From positions 50,036,001 through 50,100,000 of the forward strand of contig OZ249436.1 of the NCBI GenBank assembly GCA_965235115.1: a stretch of 64,000 bases of DNA. Reading direction: 5' to 3'. The position numbers were made by a program, and so were the translations under genes. Below, piece after piece: positions 38,506 to 51,525 of this stretch. Each line of letters starts with the position of its first letter. Position 1 is the stretch's first letter. This DNA is from Laetmonice hystrix. Taxonomy: Eukaryota. The notes beneath the pieces are model-generated. The model searched no databases and was not told where the DNA came from. It was given only the letters and a program-made list of their open reading frames with translations.

Positions 38506-40289
38506 CAGCATCTGTGATCAGTAGGTCCTATCATACCCGGGCATACAGGAGTAGATTGGGTTGCACACCATGCATCAGCATCATTTACGTTGACAGCAAA
38601 ATGTCACCGGAAATATTTCAGTACGATAGGCATGTGAACCTGATAATCATGCAATACCTAACTGGAGTCCTCTTACAGGAGGATTCACGTTTCAAACAAT
38701 AGAATCCTTGGTTGACATTCTGTGTTGTTGATAATTACTCATAATTAACGACAAAACGAATCAAAATTAAGTATGTTTGATAATTTCATCTCGGAAAATC
38801 TCGTAGGAAATTAACGTCTCTCCCGTTGTTTTTCCATGTATTCGCATTAATAAAACATATCATTGCTTTGTGTAATCGTTGTCCTAATACATGTCAAAGC
38901 TTCTGATCGTAGCTGGATCAATGCCGTCCGGAACTGCAATAAAGTACTGAAAGAATAATGACCTTAAAAATAAATTCAGCACCGTTTTTATCCAGTCAGT
39001 ATTTTTGTTAATCATAAAATGCTTTCAAATTGGTCGATGAATTAAATGTTGCAATTAGCCAAAGTAAGAAGAATTTGTTGTGATTATCACGTAGCATCAG
39101 TCTCATGCAGAATACCGAAGGGATTATATTGCTTGTTAAATTGAGATGCTATATATAGTAGAAGAAAATGAATGCAAAGTGGACATCTGAGAACAGAGGT
39201 TAAATCCGTGACTTACCGCCACATAGTTGGTAAATAATGAACATTATATTCCTTCAGAGTGTAAATCAAATGTACAATATACACCAATTGGAAGTGAACT
39301 ATAAGGTATTTGTCCATTATTTTAGCAAAGTGTAGCCCATAGTGAAACTAGGGGTACGACAGCCCTAACCAATGCCAGAAATATAGGCGCAGAATAAAGT
39401 TCCAAACACACAAAATAATAATTCTTGAATCTAATGAAAAAATAACATTTACAAAATACCAAGAGTGGTGTAGGCCATGGTTTACGTTGACGTGTGAGCT
39501 CATCTTTAGTGTCAGTAGGCCTATACCTTAGGGTGGTCCTGGAAGAATCGGAAACAATCAGCAATTGGTGGGAATGTTCGGCGGCGAAGAATGCAAAAAT
39601 AGAAAGACATTTCGTGTTTGTAGCGAGGCAGTTGGTAACAGTCCTAAATCCCACCGACTGAAGATAATTCAAAATGTTGTGCTCGTTTGTTGGAATACAG
39701 CTCAACAACATTACTTCATATTCTAATGAAAGGGCTCAAGGTGCAAAATATTGATCTGCCTGTAGCTTTTTAAACAAACCCTCGTGGAATCGCTGTCTGT
39801 CAAATGCTGTTCATAAAATGTTGAGCGGCATCCAGTAGAAGCACTCAGTCCAGGAGTGGACACCTCGAGGACTATCCTTAACATAGTAAGCCGTCATTAT
39901 CACTAATCAGCAAGGAGTCATGTTACGGTTATCAATAATTGACGTTACGGCTATCATTGTCAACATGCATTGTCCGCATTACGGTTATCGGAGCGAAAAT
40001 TATCGGGACGATTTATGCGATTTCTAGGCAATCTCAGGCGACGAGGTTCACCAAACATGATGCTGCCATTGAAATACAACTAGGACGTCTTACAGATCAA
40101 TCAGAGACACGGAACTGCTTGAAATACGCCTAGTTTTAGTTAAAGCAAGATTTGCCTCACTCCATCTTGGATCAGCGTAGTGCGTTACGGTGATCAGTGT
40201 CTAACCAGTGATTATGTTGGACCGAGCAAGATGTAAACGACACAACTATCTTGAGTGGGTAGGGTATAGAATTGTTTACACCTCCCTCA

Positions 40290-40938
40290 CAATATATAGA
40301 GCAAACACAGTGTCTTGGCCCAGTTTGCTGATTTCTTCTGCTTATTTCTCCTACCCTTGTCCCTACTCGATAGGAGTAGAGGGTCTTGGCCAGGTTTGTT
40401 GATTTCTCCTACCCTTGTCCCTACTCGATAAGAGTAGAGGGTCTGGACCAGGTTTGTTGATTTCTCCTACCCTTGTCCCGACTCGATAGGAGTACAGGGT
40501 CTGGACCAGGTTTGCTGATTTCTCCTACTCTTGTCCCTACTCGATAGGAGTAGAGGGTCTTGGCCAGGTTTGTCGATTTCTCCTACCCTTGTCCCTACTC
40601 GATAGGAGTAGAGGGTCTTGGCCAGGTTTGTCGATTTCTCCTACCCTTGTCCCGACTCGATAGGAGTACAGGGTCTGGACCAGGTTTGCTGATTTCTCCT
40701 ACTCTTGTCCCTACTCGATAGGAGTAGAGGGTCTTGGCCAGGTTTGTCGATTTCTCCTACCCTTGTCCCTACTCGATAGGAGTACAGGGTCTGGACCAGG
40801 TTTGCTGATTTCTCCTACCCTTGTCCCTACTCGATAGGAGTAGAGGGTCTTGGCCAGGTTTGCTGATTTCTCCTACCCTTGTCCCTACCCGATCGATAGG
40901 AGTACAGGGTCTTGGCCAAGGTTGCTGATTTCTCCTAC
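40290..40938. repeat. 58-bp minisatellite, about 11 copies
   Basis: Unit caggtttgctgatttctcctacccttgtccctactcgataggagtagagggtcttggc; starts at 40391, 40449, 40507, 40565. Confidence 0.95.
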
Positions 40939-41536
40939 ATCGATGTGCAATTACATCGAGTGGCAAATGGACACGGCTGAAACAAATTCAAAGACTTAGC
41001 CCCCCGACCCGCCGGTCCATTCAAGCAAGGTCATAGGTCTTTAAATGTGTTTGAAACTTTCGCACGCGAATGCCGATCCATCAAGAATACTCAAAAATGA
41101 TTACGAAGCATTACGGAACTCAGTACGGATATCCACGATTGCCCAATATTTTCATGTCGTAGTAGATCGTGACAGATTGCAAAGATGTGACAGGCACAAG
41201 TCCTATCTCTTTTTTGCAGCCTCGCAATGCAGCATTAATTTCAATTCCGAACTGTTGTTAATACGAGAGACTGGGGAAGGAGAAACTTTTCTGTAACTCA
41301 AATCGATATAAATAATATCCTGTCTACAGAAAGTCGCTACTTTTAACATGCCGCCATTTAATCCTTTTGACATTCCGCGTTTGATATGCTGTGTTGCGGG
41401 TGTTGGGACATTTTCCTGTTGCCATCAAATAGCGGCCAAACACCGTGGCCCGACATATTGTTACACTCCTTCATATTATTCACCGTTGTCTATCTTCTAG
41501 ATGGCCATCAACCATAGAGTAAGGTAAGGTACTTAC

Positions 41537-41741
41537 GTCTGCTCTCTCGTGTCTTTTTGGACATCTCCCAGAGAATCATGCTGTAGGCGATGATGACGAC
41601 CACCAATGGTAGGCCGTACAGGGTGATAATGTTGAAGAGATTGTAGGCAAGCTCATGGGCAGCACTGGGGAAGAAGTTAAACGTCACACACTGTTTGAAC
41701 CACGGGTAAGCCGGATGTTCCTCTACATGAAAGATCACACT
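41537..41741 (-). CDS. GnRH/AKH(ACP)-type neuropeptide GPCR, internal exon (end TM4, ECL2, TM5, start ICL3)
   Basis: 205-nt exon with acceptor tttttgttctgcag and donor C|gtaagt, phase 0 to 1. Translates SVIFHVEEHPAYPWFKQCVTFNFFPSAAHELAYNLFNIITLYGLPLVVVIIAYSMILWEMSKKTRESR. The IFHVEEHP..W.KQCVTFNFF ECL2 motif is characteristic of AKH/ACP/GnRH receptors. Confidence 0.95.
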
Positions 41742-43239
41742 CTGCAGAACAAAAACGAAAGAGAATAAAGGTTAATGCGTAACTATAAAAAGTGGCAATC
41801 TAATGATCAGAGGAAAAATTTAGGTCACACAAAAATAAATATAGGCGTACATAATGTCATGTGCATAATGTTTCTTCAGGAGCAAAGCTCTTTTTTTGGT
41901 TTTGGAAGGTATGGACTGGAGGGTTGAAAAGGCAAGTTAAGAACAAACACGACAGCGAAAGTTATATTGGCCGTTTCTTTTTCCGCCTCAAAGGTTGCAA
42001 CCACTTTAATAAAGCGATGCTTATATTTGGCGCCGAGACTCTATAGTTAAAAAACTGAGCGGCGAATACGATGCGAACAGGACTGTACCATGAGAGAAAA
42101 ACAGACTTTCCTGTTCTATCAGCATCCGCTAGAGGATGAGGCGCCAGCGGAATCACCCTCGTCCCTATTAACTGTTGGTTATATCTCTGTAAGGCTCTAT
42201 TCGTGGCAGGGGGTCCAAACATTAGACAAATAACCCATTTCATTGATCGATATTGAGTTTCTATAAGGTCTCTATATTCTAGGGGACGTACGCGTATCCC
42301 CCTAATCGCCCCAACCGTAAGATCCTCGCGAATCGTGTCAGGGGAAAACGTGCTCCAAGGAAAGACCTCGCATATATGACCTGAGCATACCACATTCCCG
42401 ATATCAAATCGCCGATAAAGCGGATATCGGATGGGGGCTGTCATGGTCATATTCCCAAGGAAAATGTAATTTTTGTTTCAGCTGTGGTGGGGGCTTAAGC
42501 TCCCAGCCTTTACCCAAAGGATGGGGCCCTGCTCTCTCACCCACCCCAATATTATATTAGGCCTATATCGGGCTCGTGCATGTCCTGGTGGGTTTATGTC
42601 CCGCTGTTCCATGGCTGTCTGTTTTATGTCCGATGACGTCGCCTTGTCAAAGGAGAGTATTATATAATAACAAGATGGAATACAGCGTCAGTCGGCTGAC
42701 AGTGATGCAGCCCTATTTCGACACTGTCATAATGTCTCAGAGTCTGTGTATGTACACTAGTGAGGTTATCGTGGCTCCAAAATAAGAATTTTAACGGTGA
42801 TGTATGACTTGTTTTGAAGGCGAGCAGTAACTTAAAACCGTATCTTACCTCAATCATTGACAACCAAGGACGGGAACATACCCCAGTCCCCCAATACTTG
42901 TTCCTAAGTTTCAGGAAATAGGATATGTAGATCGCCGACAGCCACATGAACTGAAGGCCTTTGTAACAGACGGTAATCTAACCCGACTTCTCACTTTAAC
43001 TCAAAATACGACAGAGGTACTGGTATTGTTGACACCAGGGAATTACCCATACATCACACGCACACATTGTGCTATTGGCGATAGATATAGCAGTAGCACT
43101 CATAATGGTAAACAGTGGCGGATCCAGGAGGGGTTCGACCGTTTTCGGAAAACCAGTCGAAGCACTTTCAGTTTTTCAATTTATTTCTGGAGGAACAATG
43201 CCCCAGGCGCCCTGACCCCCCCCCCCCCCTAGTACGCCC

Positions 43240-43533
43240 ATATTGGAAACCAGTCAAGAAACAGCTCTGGATCCTGTTGGAACAGGCAGGATTTGTGTTA
43301 TAAAATGTGGTGATATTGGAAACCAGTCAAGAAACAGCTGTGGATCCTGTTGCAACAGGGAGGATTTGTGTTATCAAATGTGGTGATATTGGAAACAAGT
43401 CAAGAAACAGCTCTGGATCCTGTTGGAACAGGGAGGATTTGTGTTATCAAATGTGGTGATATTGAAAACAAGTCAAGAAACAGCTGTGGATCCTGTTGGA
43501 ACAGGGAGGATTTATGTTATCAAATGTGGTGAT
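43240..43533. repeat. 73-bp tandem repeat, 4 copies
   Basis: atattggaaaccagtcaagaaacagctctggatcctgttggaacagg...tgtggtg at 43240, 43313, 43386, 43459. Confidence 0.92.
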
Positions 43534-43588
43534 AATATAAAATTCAGCTTGAAGTGACAATCAATAAAAAACAGGCCGCTGTCGCATT

Positions 43589-43866
43589 CAGCAGTCGTCC
43601 CGCTGTCAGCAGTAGTATAGTCCCTCTGCCAGCAGTCGTCCCGCTGTCAGCAGTAGTATAGTCCCTCTGCCAGCAGTCGTCCCGCTGGCAGCAGTCGTCC
43701 CTCTGTCAGCAGTCGTCCCTCTGTCAGCAGTCGTCCCGCTGTCAGCAGTCGTCCCGCTGTCAGCAGTAGTATAGTCTCTTTGTCAGCAGTCGTCCCGCTG
43801 TCAGCAGTCGTCCCGCTGTCAGCAGTCGTCCCTCTGTCAGCAGTATAGTCCCGCTGTCAGCAGTAG
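43589..43866. repeat. 18/21-bp minisatellite
   Basis: cagcagtcgtcccgctgt units with agtagtata variants. Confidence 0.92.
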
Positions 43867-44940
43867 TGGGCCCAGATTTCGATGTACGAGCTCGGCGACA
43901 GCCCGTGTTATCGGAGTGTAATCGGTATATATGCCTACTCATTATATCTCAGGAGATCCAGCAGACATGTGGGAGACTATTCCATGTAATACGGTCAGTA
44001 TGTATTGACAATGAAATGTATACTTCAGTTGTACTCTCATTGACTCTGTAATGAATGTTCCCTTCATTTTGCTAACGACCTGGGTTGCTTTCCTCACCGG
44101 ACAAGATACAATAAATATCATATTATCATTTACATGTTATTCATGTTTATTATTGCCTTATCATATTGCATTATATAAGTAGCCGAGAGTCCCCCATTGC
44201 ATGGGGTTATCGACGGCTTATATTATGAATAATGTAACCCATGGCAACACAATGAATAAATTGTAACCTATAACAACATTCTCGCTCTCCGAGTTTAGAC
44301 TTCATAAAAAGTATTGTGCTCTTTTCAACATCCTCCATGTTCATTGTTAGGTGTTATTGCCGGGAAATGCAGCGTTTATTTGGCGACGGCCTGACATTGA
44401 ATCGACAGTTGACGGACGGAGTCCGACCTACAACGGATGAAGACGGTAGGATAGGATGAATAGTTGTATTTTTGTAATGTTGGCTGCTATTATAGTGACA
44501 TACTAATCAACCAATGTATGCTGGTGACTTGGTGTTAATATCACCCTCAGTAGCAGAGCTTAACAAATTGTTGAAAGTATGTGAACAGTTTGGTGATGAT
44601 TACTCTGTGCAATAATAACTCTGTGCAATAATAAGTATTTATTGGGTTTCCGAAATAAGTACAAGCACACTCTGCACAGTATTTGACCTTCGGTGTTCTC
44701 TGGCAGTCATCGGAAATCTGGTGTATCGGTTCATACAACGCTTACAATCATTAACACCAGTCTGAAATATAGGTCCAGGATTAGAACCTACTGGTTTAGG
44801 ATGTTATACGCGAACTTCTTTGTATGAGACAATTATGACTACCTAGTTATGGACCTGTGTACATGTTTCTCATATGTGTACTCATGAGTCTGGAATAAAG
44901 CAATACATATCACACATACATGCACCCACCCCATCGGGAA

Positions 44941-44957
44941 TATAGAGGAAGAGAGAT

Positions 44958-44998
<41 letters not shown>
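44941..44998. repeat. (GA)n microsatellite
   Basis: Run of ga dinucleotides followed by poly-G. Confidence 0.9.
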
Positions 44999-45007
<9 letters not shown>

Positions 45008-46386
45008 GGGGTGGTCTTTCTCTGTAAACTCTTTTCTTCCATTCCCATTCCCAAAACAAAAAATATTAACTCTTCTGGATTTTTGTTTTTTACCTGCGTG
45101 GTGAGAGCCAACTTTTTTGCACCATCTGTTCAACAAAGACCAATTCCATAGACCCCTCCGGGTATCTAATGCCTCGGCACTTTATCCTATTCTGAGGATA
45201 GGTTCTCCCACACATTACACAAACATTCCTGATAGAAGTCGTAACAGACAAAATGAAGGTACATACAGTCGTGACCCCTATGCTTGGATTTCTCCGTATT
45301 GAAAATGTCCAGTATATGTTCTATTTATGCTTAATGGGTAAAGCTCAAGTTTGTGGTAAAAAGTCAAATCCTCCGTCCTCAAGTTAGTCCCCCCTCTCTT
45401 AAGCTCTGTACAGGCTCTAGGATTTCCGAAGAGCATTGAAGGTTTCCACGTGGTAATTGGATAAAAACGACAGTTTGGTCATGCAGTTTTGAACTGAAAA
45501 CTAATCTTCCGATTCGCAATATTCTCTACAGAATGAAATATTATGTTCAAAATCCTGTATACAGAATAGAACCTACGCCTAATATTATCTACACAATGAA
45601 AGAGGAGTTAATATGTTCAAAATACTTTAGAGAAGGACATTGTCCTACTCTTATAACCGGGGTGACTATGAAAATTGAAATAAATAATTCAATTCAATTC
45701 CTAGAAAAAGTTTCCTTTAACATAGGTGTTAATGCTATATTAAGTGAAGCTTACACACGCGAAAGCTGTGTGAATGTAGTCGTGTTGGTTTTGTTATTTT
45801 CCCCCAGGGACACCCTGTATAGCCTTCACCGGATTTCCTCGCGTGCGGCATAGAGTCTACGTCACACTATGTAGTAAGCTAACACGAAACTTGGCAGGTG
45901 TGAGAAGTTTGACACCTGTGCAATGACCTTCCGTGTAGTCACGTAACGCGCCAGATTGACGTAATGGATTGAAAGGTAACACGCCAGTTCCGTTTTTCCT
46001 GTCTGTGTCCCACACGATGTTATCAACAACTATAACAACAGTATGTAGGCCTACACGACAAGTTGCAACAGACGGTAGAAATATTGTCACTCGGCAGTCA
46101 TGGCTATTTCATTTTCCAATATACTTCAGGTGGGAAGCGCACCGTTCTTCGAGTCTCAGCGTGCTGGAGATCAAAGGTCAAAAGTGTTTAATAGTATAAT
46201 TGTCTACATTAAAAAATTGTTTTGTTGAATCCACGCAGATCAGCCGCCAATTCCTTCTCAATTGTCATTCAGAAGTGCCTTAACCGACACATCTTGGCAT
46301 GACATAAATATTAGATCAAATTACCGGACAGGTTGTCGCCCATCGCAAGCAGGAAGCTAAATATTTTCCTTAAATAAGTAACTTAA

Positions 46387-47273
46387 AAGAAAAGTCCACC
46401 GCCAGTGTGTACAGGCCAGGCACACAGGCCGTGATGTTCTAAGCAATTAAAAAAAATTGAACACAATTGGTGCTCAAACAGTTAAGATATAAGCACTTTA
46501 GTGCCGGGGCCTGCTTAGAACCTACTCCGCTGCTGGTGGCCGCCATAGCGTCTGCTCCTTGGGCTAATCTCACATTGCGCATGCTCCGAACACTGCTCTC
46601 CAGTTTGGGAGGAACGAAAAACTGACGCACCTGTTGCGTTGAGCGAATGGAAAGGCAGCGTTAACGTTGACAGCTTATAGGCAAAATTTGCTAGAACATA
46701 GACGAAAACCATCGATCATAGTGATGAGGAATGGCTAGGAATTAAGCCTACCGATGTCAGGGGATATGTCAGGGTGGACACGGATCTGGGCAAGCTCCAG
46801 CCGTGGGTTTCGGCCGCCTGAATTCAATTCGTCCCGCTCGGAGATGCGATGTTGACGGAGGTCCACTGCCACTGGGCCGGGGGGCCGGGCCCTGACTCCG
46901 ACCCGTCACCGCGGGCGGGTGCTGGCAGTGTCAGACGCCTGTGGTCAGTTCAGCACAGACCTGTTGCGTTTAGTTGTGACTGTGACTGTGGGACTGACCC
47001 CCATTGAGTTGCCTACCCGCCTCGGCTGCCTTTACTTTAGTCTAGTCTAGCCTAGCCCCGGCATGCAATAGATTAGCCCCGGAACGTCACTTCCGGCCAG
47101 CCCAATAGCAACAAATGGCTGTGCCACTGAAGCCAGTGATTTTGACAGGGTTGTCATGTTCAACTTATGTTCTTGGAATAGGGGGACATTTATTTCCAAC
47201 CACTACTCTGAAAGGTGAGTGTATATAGAGGCCTTGCAGCTGTCCAAATGTGATTTTTGACTGGACTTCTCCT
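46387..47273 (+). mobile_element. Family A TTAA-flanked element, copy 2 (most complete)
   Basis: TTAA|aagaaaagtcca ... tggacttctcct|TTAA. Imperfect 12-bp TIR starting with purines plus a TTAA target duplication, as in Kolobok elements. Confidence 0.88.
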
Positions 47274-50200
47274 TTAATTATTTTTCAATATTAAACCAAT
47301 CAGAGAATATCTCTCATTTCAATAACTCCAAAATTCAGACATGGCGTGTTAGGTTAGATAAGTACGGTGGCCCATAAGGACATTCATGCAGGTGTGATAT
47401 TTGCTATTTCTAAGGAAATTACTAGGTTTTTCGGGTTTTCACATTTAAATCTCGACGATTTCACTTTCCTTTATGGCGAATAGAGGACAACGAGCTAGAA
47501 TTAACAATTGAGAGGACAGAAATACTTGCGATGAAGACAAAATATTACCTGACGAACATATATCAATAAATGTATACCCACATAAGTGGATAAATCTAAT
47601 GAAATTCAACATTCCAGTTGCCTGTTGTCGCTGTGAAACGCTCCTTAATGGCTGGTTGTTTATCTGCATTAGCCAATGAAATTCCTCCGTTCATCGCCCG
47701 ACCTACATTGACTTGAACAGCCAATGGAATTTATCGGTTCATCACCCGATTAATTTCACTGCCTGTTCAAGTCAATGCCAAACGTACCTAAACTTGACAC
47801 GACTTGCAGGGTTAAAGATTCAATCAGTTCTCCAAATCGGAGAATGCATCGTAACACAACAACCAATAAAAGGGCAGCTCTGAATCGAAAGAGAAAATTC
47901 TTTCCAATAAAGGAAAATTTCTTTCTTGCTGCCCTTGCTGGGTGATAATGGCTCGCCTGTGGCACGGATCTGTTGCTGTGGCAGTGGGATACTGTGTCAG
48001 GCGTAATGTAACACTATATATAGGAACACATTAATATAACTTTAGGTGAGACAGTTCGCTGGCAGAAGTTCGGGGTTATTTTAGCTGTACATTGATAACA
48101 GAGCAAATGTGTCATCGCTTTCAATGATGTATTAATGACAGTTTTCCCTCACGTCACAATTACACCCTGCAACGTATTATTGGTATCTGACACGCTCTTC
48201 AATACGACTGCAAGCCGGGTAGTCGGGCAGCGTTTGTACCTCAAAGGCGGCTCGTGCAGAGGGGGGGGGGGGGATTGGGAAGCAATTTCAGTAGGATTAA
48301 AATCCTATACTCTGCGTGCTATCAGCCATTTTTACTTTGAAAATGGCAGACACTTTTGTGCAAAAAGAGGATATTGCCTTGTTGTGCGAACAGATCAGAA
48401 ATTAAAAGATATATAAAAGGGTTGTATCTGCACCGTTTCTGTGACTTCAAAGCGTTGTAAGTTTTTAAAGAACTCTTAAACAAACTTCGAACCCGCTTGA
48501 AAGAGGCTAATTATGTGGCTGTTTTTCATTTGTTCGATCGCGTTTGTGGTAGCGTGTTGCAAATAAATCAATACGTTCGGACAAATCACAATTAATTTCA
48601 TTCCGTACTTTTCGCTGAAACGAAAAAAGAAGAAGAAAAGAATTCAAGATATGGATCGATACTTTGCGCAGGTTACTTGCCTATCAGACAAGATTCATTT
48701 CCGGTAAAGTACAACCAAAATCACAGCGATGATCGATCTGTCCTTGAGGCTAGTGCTTATCTATTGTATACTCAATATATAGGGGCTTTTGGGGGCGGTA
48801 CAGTTGGTCATGAGGCCCTTAATGTATCGTGTCAAACAGTGAGCCTGGACTGTGGATGAAATGAACGATTGCGGTTATTAAAGATGTCGAACGTGCACTC
48901 CCAACCCCCACAATCGATCACCCAACGGCATAACGGTAAAATTTACTTTCATAAATTGGTCACGAACTCTCCCCGACGGAACCCCAGGATCAACGCGTCC
49001 TTGCGGTTTGGCAGGAGATTATCATAATCAACAAGTGCGCCCCAGCCAATCAGTTTGAATTACAAAAATCACCGGTGTGCACCGGCGCCCGCTGTTTTCG
49101 TATAGATTCAGTTTACCGTAATAAAATTGAACTGTCACAGGTAAGCTTCAGCGAACGTGTACTACATTTAATTCTGTCTGCTTTGTTAGCTTGAAAATTA
49201 TTGCCAAAATCCTCACAAGTAGTAGGCTTTCCTTCAGATTACAAATTGTCAGAAAATTATGGATGACAATTGCATGAATTGTTTTTCAGTGTAAAGTTCG
49301 GCACAAACGGGGAAAAGTTGGTCAATTTTGCTTGGTCGCATAACTCACAAAAGATCCGAGAGAGATGGACAGATTTTCTCATAAATCTATCGGCACTATG
49401 CTCCCTATTGCTCATCTCGCTTCCACACACTGGCTAAACCTTGGTCCTCTCATCATCGATTACAAGAAGACAGTAACCAAACCAATAAAGTCAATTGAAA
49501 CATTGCTGTAAATTCTAATAAACATTACTGTATGTTTATTAAATTAATGCCAAACGTTTTGTGTGAAATTGCTGGTACTTTTCTCGCTGACATTTCTAGC
49601 TGACAGTAATTTAATTGTGTACCATTGCCATAAAATATCAAACTGGTTCTGATGGAGCGACTGCATAAGGGGAGTTGACTACAGGCACGGCCTGATTATA
49701 TATTGTCGCTCCTAGTTTTGACCAGTAATGGTTCCCACTGGGGTGATTGGTAATGCCAATTAATGCTGACTCCCGCCCTCTATCACTCTGGCATAGCAAA
49801 CTCCCGCTTGCAATGTGTTGTACGATTCACATCTTCGTTATAACAGTGGCGCCGACAACCTTCCTCGGTCAGCAACTGTTGGTCGAAAACGAGCGATCAG
49901 CCCATTTCTACGAAATAACGATGTAGTTTGATGTTCTTGTTTAAGCTGGGGGTCAGGCTGCAATGGTCGTTCAATGGTCAGTGATAGCACTAATGGAGTG
50001 GTACACACTGGGGTCAGACTTGGCTTGAAGATAACGCCAGTGAACACGCTCGGGTATTTCATCTGATGAAGATGCATGCATCTACCAGCCAGATTATCCA
50101 ATTAGTATCATAGTATGGATAACTACCTTTTTCGAAATAATTCTTAATCTAAATAAAAAAATTATAACTTGAAGCGTGAAAGGTCAGGTCTCCAGATTAC

Positions 50201-50658
50201 ATAACACACTGTAATTCAACTAGGACCCATATACTTTCCTCAAGGCCCAACTTTAATAAGCGTCTACCTTTAAGCAATTATTTATTGTGGCATCAGACTT
50301 CCAGAAAACATCACCGAGGAGAAGATTTGGTCCTAATTCTAGTATGACGGAGAACCGTTTTTGTTTTGTTTTGTTTTGTTTCGTGAGCTATCTCTGCTGA
50401 CATATACCCACAGGCATATTTTACCATTACAATGTATTATCTCATGACGCCCAAAGCTACATTACCATACTATTATACCATACCATACCATATTATCATA
50501 TCTCGGAGTTATTAATGATAATGGAAATATAAAATAGCATATACCTCTATATACAAGTTATGTCTATGTCCCAAGGATAGACAACGTGCATGACAAAGAA
50601 ATAGGAGGAACCATCGAGGTAATGGGACGTAATATTCTAAGCCCCGTTTGGGCTTTAA

Positions 50659-50934
50659 CCCTGTAATGCCCAGTGGGTCATTTCTGACCCATTAGTAATT
50701 AGCTCGGTCCTAATTACGATTTTCTTCCTGTAATGCCCATTCTGCCATTTATGGGAGAATGGGCATTACAGGAAGAAAGTCCGCAAGACGTAATTAGGAC
50801 ACGCTAATTACTAATGGGTCAGAAATGGGTCAAAATTATCAACCCATAACTCAACTATATATGACCAATGATGTGTAAAATGTATTAATCTCAGATTTTT
50901 CTAATACTTTAAAAGGACCTTGGGCATTACTGGG
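50659..50934. mobile_element. piggyBac-like MITE
   Basis: TTAA|ccctgtaatgccca ... tgggcattactggg|TTAA (CCC/GGG ends), plus a ~65-bp internal inverted repeat at about 50679-50827. Confidence 0.85.
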
Positions 50935-51525
50935 TTAATCACTATCGTTTTCATTTTTCACTATACATTCTTACCACTAACAAGGCAGGCATTCACGAAG
51001 GCAAAACAGAAGTTCTTTCTAACACTGCGCTCTTCTGTAACTAACTCGGCTGTTATTGCCACCGACAAGTCAGAGACATTCCACAAATAAACCCATTTAA
51101 ATGTACGTGTCACGTACCTGCAATTACCCTACTTTCCTGCGGTTGCACAGCGATACCCTACGTGAAGCACATACACAACATTGACCAGATTTCTGCAGGT
51201 CCCTCGACGGGTTTCTGAAGTAGAGCCGTAATGGTGTGCAAGCCGTATCAATATGCGATTGGGAACACCTGCATCCAACAGGACCAGGGGAATATCTAAC
51301 CTGGATAGGTATGAGGTAGGCAAGAATGATCTTCCCTGGCTTGCTGTCTCACAGGAATGGAATTTAATTTTGAAGAGGGGCACGCTGTCAATAGAACACG
51401 CACTTGCTTACTTGGCCGCTCAATCTGTCCATGACAAGCAGACGCTTATTTTGATTTCAAAAACAGTGAACATCCCTGAACCAAGACGTTTATTTTTCCA
51501 CAATCTCACAGAACCCACATAATTC

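Noticed and set aside
51253..51522. ORF containing ISNLDRY, like a GPCR DRY motif
   Set aside because: It is on the wrong strand for the receptor and has no hydrophobic TM3 before it.
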